A stretch of 64,000 bases of DNA from Chiloscyllium plagiosum (taxonomy: Eukaryota), in assembly GCF_004010195.1 (NCBI RefSeq), contig NC_057719.1, positions 83,212,027 through 83,276,026 of the forward strand, written 5' to 3'. The notes beneath the pieces were generated by a model that was given only the letters and a program-made list of their open reading frames with translations, was not told the DNA's origin and searched no databases. Positions within the stretch are counted from its first letter, which is position 1, and each line of letters starts with the position of its first letter. This document shows, piece after piece, positions 50,869 to 63,325 of this stretch. Both the position numbers and the translations under genes were made by a program.

Positions 50869-52754
50869 TCAGTGTCATTGTGGTGTCACTAAGTAAGGCT
50901 GTGAGCAGACAGTGAACTCTTCATCAGCTGGCTATCTGTGACCAACCCTCAATTCCCAAATGACGAGCGACTACAATTGCAGACTTTGTTTCCCGAGCTT
51001 AAGATGGAAGTGTATTTCACAAGTGCTGCACAGTTCTCCCAGAATTCTCTGAGAGCCACCAGAGGCCCCACCGTGCCCCCCGACTGCAATTCCTGAGATC
51101 CTGTCAGAACAGATCCCGTTATGTCAAAGGCGACCGGGAACGCAGAAGTAGAAGCCATTGGCAAAGTAATGGGATCGGTCGCCCCATCCTCGCAAGAATG
51201 TAAGAGCTTTACTATGGTATGACACCTTAAGGTGCTGCAGGTGGCGTTCACTGAGGGCACTGGCAGTCAAACCTATCTCCTTCACTGCAGTGGGTGCCTT
51301 TGTCCTGTGTAAGACAGCTGACCCAGCATCTCTCCTGCTCTCTCCACTTGCAAAGGATTCAGAGACGGATCATTTGGTCACATTGTGAGTGCGCTTTGCA
51401 CGGCCAGCAAGTCCCGACGTGGGACTTGAACTCAGAGCTCCTTGCCAAGAGTTAGGGACACTACCCACTGCGCTACCAGACCCACAAGGCCACCTCACAG
51501 GGATGTGATCAGACGCTGAGCAGAATGAGAGGTACTGGGGAGCACAGTGGGAGGCGTATAGGATTCAGACGTTAAATTAAGGCCCAGTCTGCCTTCACAG
51601 GGAGGTGAAACATCGCTCATAAGCATTTCGATAAACAGCGGGGGGGGAGTTCCTCTCGGTGTCTTGCCTAATGTCTCACTCTCAGGCACAGATTGTCTGC
51701 TGGTTATCACACCCCAGGCCATTGGAGCTGCAGGCGAGTTGGCTGCTGCTTTTATAACAGGGATTACAGTTTGCAAGCAAGGGCATTAGGCTATCCCGAG
51801 GTTGTCAATGACACTGTATGGATGTAAGTATTTGTAGAAAGAAATACAGTGTTGGCCAGTCTCAAGAGTTGGACAAGGTTCTATTGAACCATTCAGCTTT
51901 GAACAGAACCTTTTTTGTGACAAGTCCCAGTTAAAATCTGGGAACAGGGTGAACCCGTGCTTCCAAGCAACACTTTGATTTCCCAGATAGGATCTCAACT
52001 AAACTCACAGTGTATCCTTCTCCATCTCTCCTTCTGGCCTTGCACCTATCCGTTTGCTTTCAGTCCGAGGCACGGTTGAGTGCCCTGGGTGTGCTTTGAG
52101 TTGCGAGAGGGCTGTAAGATTAATTAATGGGTATTCTTATGAGCTGCTTATCAGTCTTGGACAGCCTGCAGCTAAATCCCAGTCAGACAAACGCATTCTT
52201 ATATTTTGAGGACAGCTAAGTAGAGTTTGTCTTTTTCACCATAGCAACCGATTCGAAACTTCTGAAGGTTTTTTCCAAGTTCAGCAGAATGTTTGATTCT
52301 GTATTAACTGAGAAATGTTCCACTGTGTCACCACTTTCCTACACTTCCTTGTTGACATTGGCTGTACTCTTCCTAAATTATTGTTGACTGTTATATGTCC
52401 CTATGTGCAAAATGTGGGGACATTAGGAGCTGGCATTTCATCCTGCCCCCGCCATTCAATCACATCATGGCTGATCTACATCCCACTTTGCACATTTGTT
52501 CCATATCCCTCGCTAGCCTTATCCATCAGAAGTGATGGTGTTCAGGAGTGTGTCAATAACCAAGTGTCTTTGGCAAACAGTTTCACCTTGAAGAATTGGG
52601 CAGTTAGGGTAAAACATTGACACACTTGCAGGCTTCATCTCTAGTTTAACACCATACAGTGAATGTTTCCTTTCTGTTTTGGTCATCAGAAAATCTCTGA
52701 ACTGTGTTTTAGCAGCACTGACATTTAATATTCACAAAATAAGCCTAACCCAAA

Positions 52755-52956
52755 TAATTACAGCCTGTATCTCATTCCCAAGTATGAATTATTCTATACA
52801 TAAACCATCTGAACCCCTTGATGAGATTGCAGTCTGTAACTCTCTCCCAGGTGTCCATTATTCTATAATATAAACCGTCTGAACCCCTCGATTAGATTCC
52901 AGCCTGTAACTCACTCCCTGCAATACAGTATTCTATCTATAAACCAATGAAACCCA
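52755..52956. repeat. ~70-bp minisatellite, ~3 copies
   Basis: Unit cagcctgtaactcactccc..tattctata..taaaccatctgaacccctcgattagattc. Confidence 0.8.
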
Positions 52957-53304
52957 TAATTCCAAGTCTCTTTCTATTCTATTTCTTTTCCAATAGGATA
53001 GTGACCATGTCAGCAGTAAGATGAGCGGGGGTGAGGGCTTTAGGCTTGAACTCCTCCTGTACACAACAGATATCCTGGTGTAACTTGGCAAATGCTGAAT
53101 CACAACAGAAAGTTCTGGGGTCATAACCCAGCGCCCTCAGGCCTCCTGAGTGATCAGCTGAAAGAATGATTTTTTTTTTGGACAGAGATATCATTTCAAA
53201 CTTATATTAGTCGAAAAGGAAATTTAGAAATGTCCTCGTTTTCTCGAATCTGACAAAGAGGCACACACAAGTCTCCTTTGGCCTGAAATAATGTAGTTGA
53301 GGCC

Positions 53305-53455
53305 TTTCCCCCAGCCCCACCACACCCTCCCTCTAGTGATTTCTCAGCCCGCTTCCCCAGTCTTGATGAAGGGTCCTCAGCTGAAACGTCGACTCTCCTG
53401 CTCCTTGGATGCTGCCCGACCTGCTGTGCCCTTCCAGCCCCACTTTTAGTCGACT
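53305..53455 (+). mobile_element. Penelope-like family 1 element with hammerhead-like motif
   Basis: cagtc-ttgatga-agggtcctcagct-gaaac-gtc-gactc; stem I agtc/gact. Confidence 0.7.
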
Positions 53456-54041
53456 AGAGTGCAGCCTATTTTTGAATGTACAACACATTTTGTCAGTCCA
53501 AACCCCTTTGTTCTTGTGAGTACAAATGTTCCTCTAAGCTCTCTTCTTACAATCCATGTGTTCAGCCTGAGGACTGTTGTCAAATGGACAATTTCAAATG
53601 TTTCGCCATTAAAATCTGCTGCTAGTCAGCACACCACACAACGGATTGTTCTCTGAAATTAAAGCCGAACTTTCTCTGGTCAGACTCAGACCTTGGTCCC
53701 TTATCTCCGGAGCTAGTCACTGTGCTTGGTTCTTATCAAGTCACACAGTAAACACTGATTAAAGGACATTGAAAATACTGCAGGCATTCAGCTGATCTGG
53801 CAATGTCTGCTCGGGAGCCTGGAAGGGAGAGAGAGGGTGAGAGAAAGAGAGGGAGAGAGAGAGAGACAGACACATTTAATGGGTCAGGTTTCACCAGAAC
53901 TGCAAGAAGTTTGAGATTTTCTTCTAAGCAGCAAGTACAAAATCTGGGAGGAAATGGGAGTGGGGTAAGGAGGAAAGACAAGACAAAAAGGAAGGTATAC
54001 AAGGAAAAGTGAGTGAAACTTGGGAAATGCTGGTCTAAGCT

Positions 54042-54337
54042 GGGTGGCATGTTGGCTCAGTGGTTAGCATTGCTGCCTCACAGCATCAGGGACCCAGGTT
54101 CGATTCCAGCCTCGGGGGTGACTGTCTGTGTGGAGTTTGCACATTCTCCCTGTGTCTGGGTGGGGTTCCTCCCTGGGGTGTGTGGGTTAGGTGGATTGGC
54201 CATGCTGATGTACCCACAGTGTTCAGGGAGGTATGGGCTAGGTGGATTAGCCATGGGAGTTACTGCATGGTATGCTCTTTGGTGGGGCAGTATGGGCTGA
54301 ATGGCCTGCTTCCACACTTAGTGATTCTATGATTCTG
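54042..54337 (+). mobile_element. HE1 SINE
   Basis: tRNA head, V core and ctatgattct tail. Confidence 0.88.
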
Positions 54338-55159
54338 AAACTGGCGCTCCATTCATGAGCATACGAGACCCATCTGGTCATTTCCAAACATTTTCCCATC
54401 TAGCAGGCTGGAGGGATGAAAGGTCAATATGGATGATAGTATAAAGTCAAGACACAATGGCGATGGATGGGGTAAGATGTGCAGCAAAAGCTGGGTCCCA
54501 CTGAGGGGTAAATGGCAACAACAGACCTCAGCCACTCAGACTCCCTTAGAAAGCCCATTCACTGCTGAGGGCACATTGGGCACCGACTGACTGAGGGAAT
54601 GGGAGTGACCCGAAGTTGCTGAACTCAGCGTTCAGTCTGCGAGGCAAGCACGCACCTAAACAAATGATGAAGTCATACACCTCGTGTTGGCGGTGAGCTT
54701 CTTTGAAACAAAATAACTATTGTGGAGAGCCAGAGAGAGCTTGCGCTTTGAAGGCAATCTTCAAAGAAAGAGAAAGAAAATAGGCCTGTTCAAACCGATG
54801 GCTTTCTGATGTGAGAAATACTATTTGTTAACTCTTTATACGAACCTCCAAATTAGAGGCAAAAATAGGTCACTTGGTCTGCCATTCAAACAGACGAATC
54901 CCGCCATAAGTCGAACCCCAGTTTGGATTGGCCCCGGTCATTCCCAGCCTTTACTCACTTTCCCTTGCACGCCTTCCGTTTCGCCCCGTCATTCCCCCCA
55001 ACTCCACCCTCACATTCTCCCCGATTCTATACACCCTAACAACTGCTTAACAATCTCAAACTATTTCCAGTTATCTCCTACAGAGCACAGTGGGTTCAGG
55101 GGAGCGGTCATCAAAGTAATCTTGTTGATTAAAAGGAACAAACCTGCAACCCAGGGAGG

Positions 55160-55535
55160 GACCTCATAGAAACATACAAAATCCTGATGGGACTGGACAG
55201 GCTAGATGCGGGAAGATGTTGGGGAAGTTCAGAACGAGGGGTCACAGTCTAAGAATACAGGGTGAGCCATTCAGGACTGAGCTGAGGAGAAATTTCTTCA
55301 CTCAGAGAGTTGGAATTCTCTACCACCGAAAGCTGTTGGGACCGGTTCGTTAGATAGATTCGAGATGGAGTTGGACAGTGGCCCTTGCGGCTAGAGGGAT
55401 CAAGGGGTATGGAGAGAAAGCGGGAGTGGGATACTGAGATAGCATGATCAGTCATGATCATATTGAATGGTGATGTGGTGATTTAGGGTTGAAAGGCCGA
55501 ATGGCCCACTCCTGCACCTATTTTCTATGTTTCAA
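55160..55535 (+). mobile_element. CR1 3' fragment (second subfamily)
   Basis: GDLIETYKILMGLDRLD..RRNFFTQR plus 3' UTR. Confidence 0.88.
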
Positions 55536-55888
55536 TGTGACTGAAAAGTCTGGGATTTGTACAGCTTTAATTACATAGTTTTTGCTTCATCAGTCTGTTT
55601 CTAACACCAGAACAGAACACAGACAGCAGCTCCAGGTTTATCTTGTGCCTCTCCCTGAATGCTATATCTTTCAGAATGGAAAGAGCTGTAAATTTCACCC
55701 GTAAGATGAACCATTTCCAGTTTTACTAGCCCTGTTCCACCTTCAGTTACAAAACAATTGTATTAGAGTTCCTGTGAAAAAGATTTCCATGCATAACAAT
55801 AGAAAGGATCTCCACTGAGCCCTGACTTATGAACCCCTCTAACTCACACAGACTAATGCCAATAACTTTTTATTTTAAGTAATTTCTC

Positions 55889-56175
55889 GTGTGTGTGCAT
55901 GTGTGTGTTTGTGTGTGCGCAGCGCGCGCGTGTGTATCTGTGTTTGTGTGTGTTTCAGTGCCTGTGTAAGACTATGTGTGTGTGTTCTGTATGTGCATCT
56001 GTGTATGTGTGTGTATCTGTGTGTGTGTGGCTGAGTCTCTGTGTTGATGTGTGTGTGTCTGGGTCTCTGTGTCTGTGTGTGTGTGTCTCAGTGCCTGTGT
56101 AAGACTATGTGTGTGTGTCGGAGTCTGTGTGTGTGTGTGTGTGTGTCTATGTGTGTCTGAGTCTGCGTGTGAATG
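55889..56175. repeat. Complex (TG)n-rich microsatellite
   Basis: Read directly; internal repeat cagtgcctgtgtaagactatgtgtg occurs twice. Confidence 0.9.
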
Positions 56176-56514
56176 TTTCCAGAGTTTTAATGCATTAGTA
56201 AACCCTACTTTGCATTTACCCTAAAGAATTTGCCTTGGGTTAGTTTTAAAATGGACTTCACAATGGGAAAACACACCACTACCTTTATTTTTCAAATAAA
56301 ATGTGATGAAACTTTGAAAATGAATTTAAAACCAGCCCTGTTCTCTGAGCAGTACAGTAAAAATAATTGAATTTGACCCTCCCTCTTGTTCCTGACAGAA
56401 GAGCATGCACAGAATATTCCTCCAGTCATAGAGATGCCGGCTGGATCTGACACCGAAGGAAGGGAAACACATGCTGTTGAAAGAGCTACTCCTAAGGAAG
56501 TCATAGATTCAGCA

Positions 56515-57066
56515 AGTCATAGAGATGTACAGCATGGAAACAGACCCTTCGGTCCAACCCGTCCATGCCGACCAGATATCCCAACCCAATCTAGTCCCAC
56601 CTGCCAGCACCCGGCCCATATCCCTCTAAACCCTTCCTATTCATATACCCATCCAAATGCCTCTTAAANNNNNNNNNNNNNNNNNNNNNNNNNNGCCTCT
56701 CCCTGTAGCTCAGATCCTCCAACCCTGGCAACATCCTTGTAAATCTTTTCTGAACCCTTTCAAGTTTCACAACATCTTTCCAATAGGAAGGAGACCAGAA
56801 TTGCACGCAATATGCCACTTCTCATCTTGAAATACAAAACCAGAATTTAACAAAAAAGAGGTGAAATAAAAGAACCAGGCCTCAAGAATTCCACACAATA
56901 TTCCAAAATTGGCTGGGCCAATGTGCTGTACAGCTGCAACATGACCTCCCAACTCCTGTACTCAATACACTGACCAATAAAGGAAAGCATACCAAACGCC
57001 TTCTTCACTATCTTATCTACCTACGACTCTACTTTCAAGGAGCTATGATCCTGCACTCCAAGGTCT
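56515..57066 (-). mobile_element. Young HER1/CR1 3' fragment (26-N gap at 56669-56694) carrying a ~75-bp foreign insert
   Basis: YCVQFWSPSYWKDVVKLERVQ.. and tail; insert at 56812-56889. Confidence 0.9.
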
Positions 57067-57607
57067 CAAAGGAAATAGAGTTTCTCAAAGGAAGTAGAGT
57101 CATTATCATGATGGAGAGATGAAGCATATTCAACAACAAGAGAGGAAGTGAAGTGGCCAAACCTGAGCTATGAAATCAAGGACCATATCCGCTAATGCAG
57201 TGTGTGGAATGAGTAGCAAGCAAAACAAGCGAGAGAACCGCTGATTACACATGTTATTCCAGAGGGACAGAGAGAGAGACTGTGGATGAAACAGGGAATA
57301 GAGCTCTCCACTTCCACAGGAACTGACTGTGTCTCTGTGGGTTATTGTTTTGGCCACTGGAAAGTAGACCAACTGACTTGACCGATGTCAATGAGGTTAC
57401 AATGTCAATGCCCAAAAGCATAGTTCAGCCATCACTGTCATCCACACGTTGTAATGAGTGACAATGGGCCTCTGTTCATTAGTGTAGGGTTGAGCCACTT
57501 GATAAAAGACTGGGAAATTCAGCACCACAAATTCCCAGTCTGTTGGAAAGGCTGAGGTGGCAGTGAAAATTTCTAAAGGGATCAGCAAGAAATTGAGCCA
57601 ATCCAGC

Positions 57608-57888
57608 GTAGAATCCCTACAATGCAGATATAGGCTATTCAGCCCATCGAGCCTGCACCAACCCTCTGAACAGCATCGTATTCACTCCTCTCCAATTTAC
57701 CATGACTGATCCATCTAACCTGGTTACAATACTGGGGAAATTTAGCATGGCCAATCCACCTTTGGACTGTAGGAGGAAACCGGAGCAAACCCACACAGAC
57801 ACGGGGAGAGTGTGTAAACAGTGGTCTGAGAATTGAACCTGGGTCCCTGGTGCTGCGAGGCAGCAGCGCTAACCACTGCGCCACCGTG
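57608..57888 (-). mobile_element. HE1 SINE
   Basis: Head, V core and tail present. Confidence 0.85.
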
Positions 57889-59814
57889 CATGCAAGGCAG
57901 TTCTCAAGTGGAGAACCACACCTCCTAAGGGCACGGGCAATAATTTTGTACAAGAGACCACTGTTGCATCGCACACCAATTATTCTTCCAAGAGCAAAAA
58001 AGTGAAGGAAGCCAGTAGTATTAGTACGTGTGAGTGACAAACTCAAGGTAAAATTATCCAAAAGCCAAATTTAATTTTGTCAAGACTGTCAAAGCATTGC
58101 ATGAGTGGAGTATTAGAAAGTTAATCAGAGTACAAACCTTCAACACTGTCAACAAGGGAATGCCAAGTGACAAATTGGGACCGGTTTGGGGCAGTTACCA
58201 CCTCAGTTGGACATGGTGGAAGCAAACATTGCAACATTGGCAATCTGCCCTCTTTACTCAATTCAACCTACACCTCCAGGGCCACAGCCTTCAGGTAATT
58301 CTTAACTGGCCTCTGGAGAATTAGGGACGGGCAATGAATGCTGACCTAAGCAGCAGCAGAAAATAAACATAAAAATGGCTGTGACTAATCAGGAAAATGT
58401 GAACGCACCATTCACATAGACAACTGATCAACCATCAGTCCCAAAATTAAGACCAACAGCAAGATGTGGCACTCCCTTCGAAAAGAGACATCACCCAGAT
58501 CAACATCACACACATACTATCAAGAGGGCAGCATGACTTAACAACTATGTGTGCATCGCATACCAGGAGCTGATGGGAATAGCAAACAGCTTAATTCATA
58601 AGAACTGTTGCATGCTCAGTGAGGAACCCTGGTAACGTAATGAAAATGACAGTATTTTTACATAAATGACTAAGTATTCTGCATAGAAACAGAATGTTGT
58701 GTTAATATACCTACTGGTTTGCCATCATCATGTGATCTCTACCATGAGACGTTGACTGGAGGCATCCATCTTGTAATCAGTTTGATGATGACACAATAGA
58801 ACTCAAGCTGTTTGTACGATAAGCTCGCTACAATTATTGATCAAGTGTATTCCTCTTGGAAGAACGAATGTCATTCTAGTTTACTTTGTCTTTACTTTGT
58901 AGTCTCTCTCCTGAAGGCCCCTGTAAAATGCTCAATTTTATCCGTTTTCCCTTAAGTTTGGATTGCGTTCCAATTCCAACACTGAAGAATCTTTTCTGAG
59001 ATCCCAAGGTGTTGCTCCTAATGCCGCTGAGATTGTTGGTGGCATTTATTTTCATAAAGTCTTGCAGGAAACTCAAATAAAAATTTTGGAACAATAGAAG
59101 ACAGCAGACCTGTGCTAATAGTGATGTAATGATTAATCTTAATTTTAAGCATTTGCACAGTGAAGGAGAAGGTGAGGTTTGAGTAAAGGGAAGAGTGAGT
59201 GGAAAATTTGTGATAAATTGGCAGGCCCAGGAGAGATTAAATGATGATGGTGCTGAAATGAAAGAAATGTTTGTGATCTAAAGTCATCACGGTTAATATT
59301 GAGTCTGGGAGGCTGCAAAATACATAAACAAGAGATTAGGTGATGTTCCTCAAACTTCTGTTAAATTTCAGAACACGGAAGAGGTCAGATCAGGAGAGAA
59401 TGGGATTGGTGTGAATGAAAGTCAACCCTCACACAATTGTTGTTGCCTGGTCTAGACAGCTAACGCACTGCCGTAGGATCCAGTGATGTTGTGATGATGA
59501 CTCTAGTTAATGCTTTCAGGGTGCGGTTCAAATCCCAACATGGCAGCTGGTGGAATTTAAATTCAACAAAGAAAATCAGGAATTATGATTACAAACCTGC
59601 TTCAAAGGAAGGACCTTGGTGTTCTGTCCTGTATGTGACGGTGAGCCCAGAGCAATTGAATGACACCTTCTGAACCATTGGGTTCAGGAGGACAAATGGA
59701 GGGGAAATGCTAGGCTTGCCAATAGCACTCATATGCCAGCAATGAATAAAAACTTCTGCGATAAGTCTTTGATTATTTGATTCTTCAGAATGCAAGACTG
59801 ATCTGAAACTGATT

Positions 59815-62193
59815 CAGTATATGGATGTACCCATTACAGAAGGTGCAAAACTTGACCTACTCTTGGGAAATAAGGTAGGGCAGGTGACTGAGGTGGCAAG
59901 GGCGCAGCACTTTGGGGCCAGCGACCATAATTCTATTCGTTTTAAAATAGTGATGGAAAAGGATTGACCAGATCTAAAAGTTGGAGGAAGGTTGGTTTTG
60001 ATGGTATTAGGCAAGAACTTTCAAAAGCTGGTTGGGGGCAGATGTTCGCAGATAAAGGGACGGCTGGAAAATGGGAAGCCTTCAGGAAAGAGATAACAAG
60101 AATCCAGAGACAGTATGTTCCTGTCAGGGTGTAAGGGAAGGCTGGTAGGTGTTGGAGAATACTGGATGACAAAAGAAATTGAGGTTTTGGTTAAGAAAAA
60201 GAAGGGAGCATAGTCAGGTATAGACAGGAGAGATCGAGTGAACCCTTAAAAGAGTATAAAGGCAGTAGGAGTGCACTTAAGAGGGAAATCAGAAGGGCAA
60301 AACGGGGACATGAGATAGCTTTGGCAAATAGGGTTAAGGAGAATTCAAAAGGTTTTTACAAATACATTAAGGACAAAAGGGTACCTAGGGAGAGAATAGG
60401 GCTCCTCAAAGATCAGCAAGGCGGCCTTTGTGTGGAACCACAGAAAATGGGAGAGATATTAAACGAGTATTTTGCATCAGTGTTTACTGTGGAAAAGGAT
60501 ATGGAAGATATAGACTGTAGGGAAATAGATGGTGACATCTTGAAAAATGTCCATATTACAGAGGAGGAAATGCTGGATGTCTTGATAGTCAACATGGCTT
60601 TGTGCGTGGGAAATCATGTCTCACAAACTTGATTGAGTTTTTTTGAAGAAGTAACAAAGAGGATTGAACGTGCGGACTGCAGATGTTGGAGATTAGAGTC
60701 GAGAGTGTGGCGCTGGAAAAGCACAGCAGGTCAGGCAGAATCTGAGGAGCAGGAGAATTGACGTTTTGGGCAAAAGCCCTTCATGAGGAATGCTCTGTAT
60801 GGACTTCAGTAAGGTGTTTGACAAGGTGCCCCATGGGAGACTGGTTAGCAAGGTTAGATCTCACGGAATAGAGGGAGAACTAGCCATTTGGATACAGAAC
60901 TGGCTCAAAGGTAGGAGACAGAGAGTGGAGGTGGAGGGTTGCCTGTCAGACTGGAGGCCTGTGACCAGTGGAGTACCATTTATATAAATGGTTTCGATAT
61001 GACCGTGGGAGATATAGTTAGTAATTTGGAAATGACACCAGAATTGGAGGTATAGTGGACAGTGGATAAGGTTACCTCAGAGTACAACAGGATCTTGATC
61101 TGATGGACCAATGGGCTGAGAAGTGGCAGGTAGAGTTTAATTTAGATAAATGTGATGTGTTGCTCTTTGGAAAAGCAAATCTTAGCAGGACTTACACATT
61201 CAATGGTAAGGCCCTGGGGAGTGTTACTCAACAAAGAGACGTTAGAGTGCAGGTTCATAGCTCCTTGAGAGTAGAGTCACAGGTAGATAGGATAGTGAAG
61301 AAGGCGTTTGGTATGCTTTCCTTTATTGGTCAGAGTATTGAGTACAGGGGTTGGGAGGTCATGTTGTGGTTGTACTGGACATTGATTAGGCCAGTTTTGG
61401 AATATTGCGTGCAATTCTGGTCTCCTTCCTATTGGAAGGATGTTGTGAAACCATAGAGATGCTAGAGAGCCTCCGCGCTCCAAGAAAACAGCCCCAGCCT
61501 ATTCAACTTCTCCCTGTAGCTCAAATCCTCCAACCCTGGCAACATCCTTGTAAATCTGTTCTGACCCTTTCAGGTTTCACAACATCCTTCCGATAGGAAG
61601 GAGACCAGAATTGAACGCAATATTCCAACAGTGGCCTAAGCAATGTCCTGTACAGCCGCAACATGACCTCCCAACCCCTGTACTCAATGCACTGACCAAT
61701 AAAAGAAAGAGTTCAGAAAAGATTTACAAAGATGTTACCAGAGTTGGAGGATCTGAACTACAGGGAGAGGCTGAACAGGCTGGGGCTGTTTTCCCTGGAG
61801 CTTCGGAGGCTGAGGGGGTGGCCTTATAGAGGTTTATAAAATTATGAGGGGCATGGTAACGGTAAATAGACAAAGTCTTTTCCCTAGGTTGTGGTAGTCC
61901 AGAAGTAGAGGGCATAGATTTAGAGTGAGAGGGGAAAGATATAAAAGGGACTTAAGGGGCAACTTTTTCACACAAAGAGTGGTACGTGTATGAAATGAGC
62001 TGCCAGAGGAAGTGGTGGGGGCTGGTACATTACTACATTTAAAAGGCATCTGGATGGGTATATGAATAGGAAGGGATTAGAAGGATATGGGCCAAGTGCT
62101 AGCAAATGGGATTGGATTAGGTTAGGATAACTGGTCGGCATGGACAAGTTGGACTGAAGGGTCTGTTTCCGTGCTGTACATCTCTATGATCTA
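59815..62193 (+). mobile_element. HER1/CR1 LINE ORF2, ~2.4 kb, with internal deletions, a Penelope-like insert and an inverted segment
   Basis: EGAKLDLLLGNK.., ANRVKENSKGFYKYIKDKR, DFSKVFDKVPHGRL, QWAEKWQVEFNLDKC, 3' tail. Confidence 0.93.
60668..60792 (-). mobile_element. Penelope-like family 1 insertion inside CR1 ORF2
   Basis: Reverse complement reads cattc-ctcatga-a-gggc tttt gccc-aaaac-gtc-aattctcc. Confidence 0.75.
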
Positions 62194-62200
62194 TAACTGG

Positions 62201-62293
62201 AAGGGTGTGGTGCTGGAAAAGCACAGCAGGTCAGGCAACATCCGAGGAGCAGGAGAATTGACGTTTCAAGCATAAGCTCTTCATCGGGAATCT
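62201..62293 (-). mobile_element. Penelope-like family 1 insertion at the CR1 tail
   Basis: Reverse complement reads attc-ccgatga-a-gagc ttat gctt-gaaac-gtc-aattc; flanked by taactgg direct repeats. Confidence 0.75.
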
Positions 62294-62934
62294 TTAACTG
62301 GCAAGGCAGATATCTGTAGGGCAGGAATTCTTGGAAGGATAGAAGGAATTAGATTTGATTCTTAACTCTCTCTGGGAAATTCAGAGTGGTCAGTAAATGC
62401 TCGCCTTGCAGATTAATAAAAAATTCCCCCTTTAGCGAGAGATCATCATGTCTGACTGCGGCAGGCTCTGTATTGCACAGCAGTGCAACCAGGCGTCTTG
62501 CATCCTCATTAGCCACTGTCGAGTCTGACATTTCTCAGAGGGATTTTTCTGAGGTGTAAAACCCAAAAGCAAGTAGCGAGAGGTCACTTGAACAAGTACT
62601 CTCCCCCACACTTGCTACAACAACCTCACTGACTGCACCCTGACTGTTTCTCTCCAGTGAATTTAGCCAGCTCTAGTTGTCAGAGTTGGCCAAGAGGTGA
62701 GCACAGGGCGGTACACCATCGGCAACTGGGTTTGACAAAGGCCCCTTCTCGCTATCTCTCCATCATGGGCTTTGCTGGCAGGTCACTGGTGTTTCTGTTA
62801 GATATAGAGGGCTCAATGCCACATTGCAACAAAGAAAATCCTCAGCTGCTTACACTTGGATATACATCAGACAAAAGCACTCGTTTGATTCCTGATCTTT
62901 GTATTTCTTATCCTTTAGCCTTTGATCGTGCCTA

Positions 62935-63325
62935 AAAGCATTTGTTGGCTGTCCTTAATGACACTGAGTGACTCTCCAAGGTCATTTCAGAGGGAAGTTA
63001 AGAGTCAAACATATTGCCTCATGTTTGGAGTCATGTGTTGCTCTGGAGTCACGTTTAGGTCAGGCCAGTGAAGGGAATTAGTAAACCAGAGGAGTATTTT
63101 ACAACAATTGATGATGGTTGTCATGGTAGCCAGCAGTGAGGCCAACTCTAGATTCCAGATAGGGTTTAAATTCCATCTTTTTCCATCCCTTTGAGGAATG
63201 TCAGACTCGAGAGTGGGTAATGAGGATGCTAGATGCCCGGGGTCATTTGAACCCATAACTCCAAGCCTTAGTCTTGGGCACTGGATTACTCATCCAATGA
63301 CATTACCACTAACTCACCATCTCCC
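62935..63325 (-). mobile_element. tRNA-headed SINE (as 1495-1880), decayed
   Basis: gttaagagtcaa..tctggagtcac..atttgaaccc..ccact. Confidence 0.6.

Noticed and set aside
57397..57588. ORF with FTA..WEFVVLNFP, reminiscent of TMEM229B (FTAAWEFVVNLNWKFP)
   Set aside because: Similarity is limited to a few residues, the flanks do not match, it has a TTG start, and it is on the opposite strand to that expected from synteny. Probably chance; tBLASTn would settle it.
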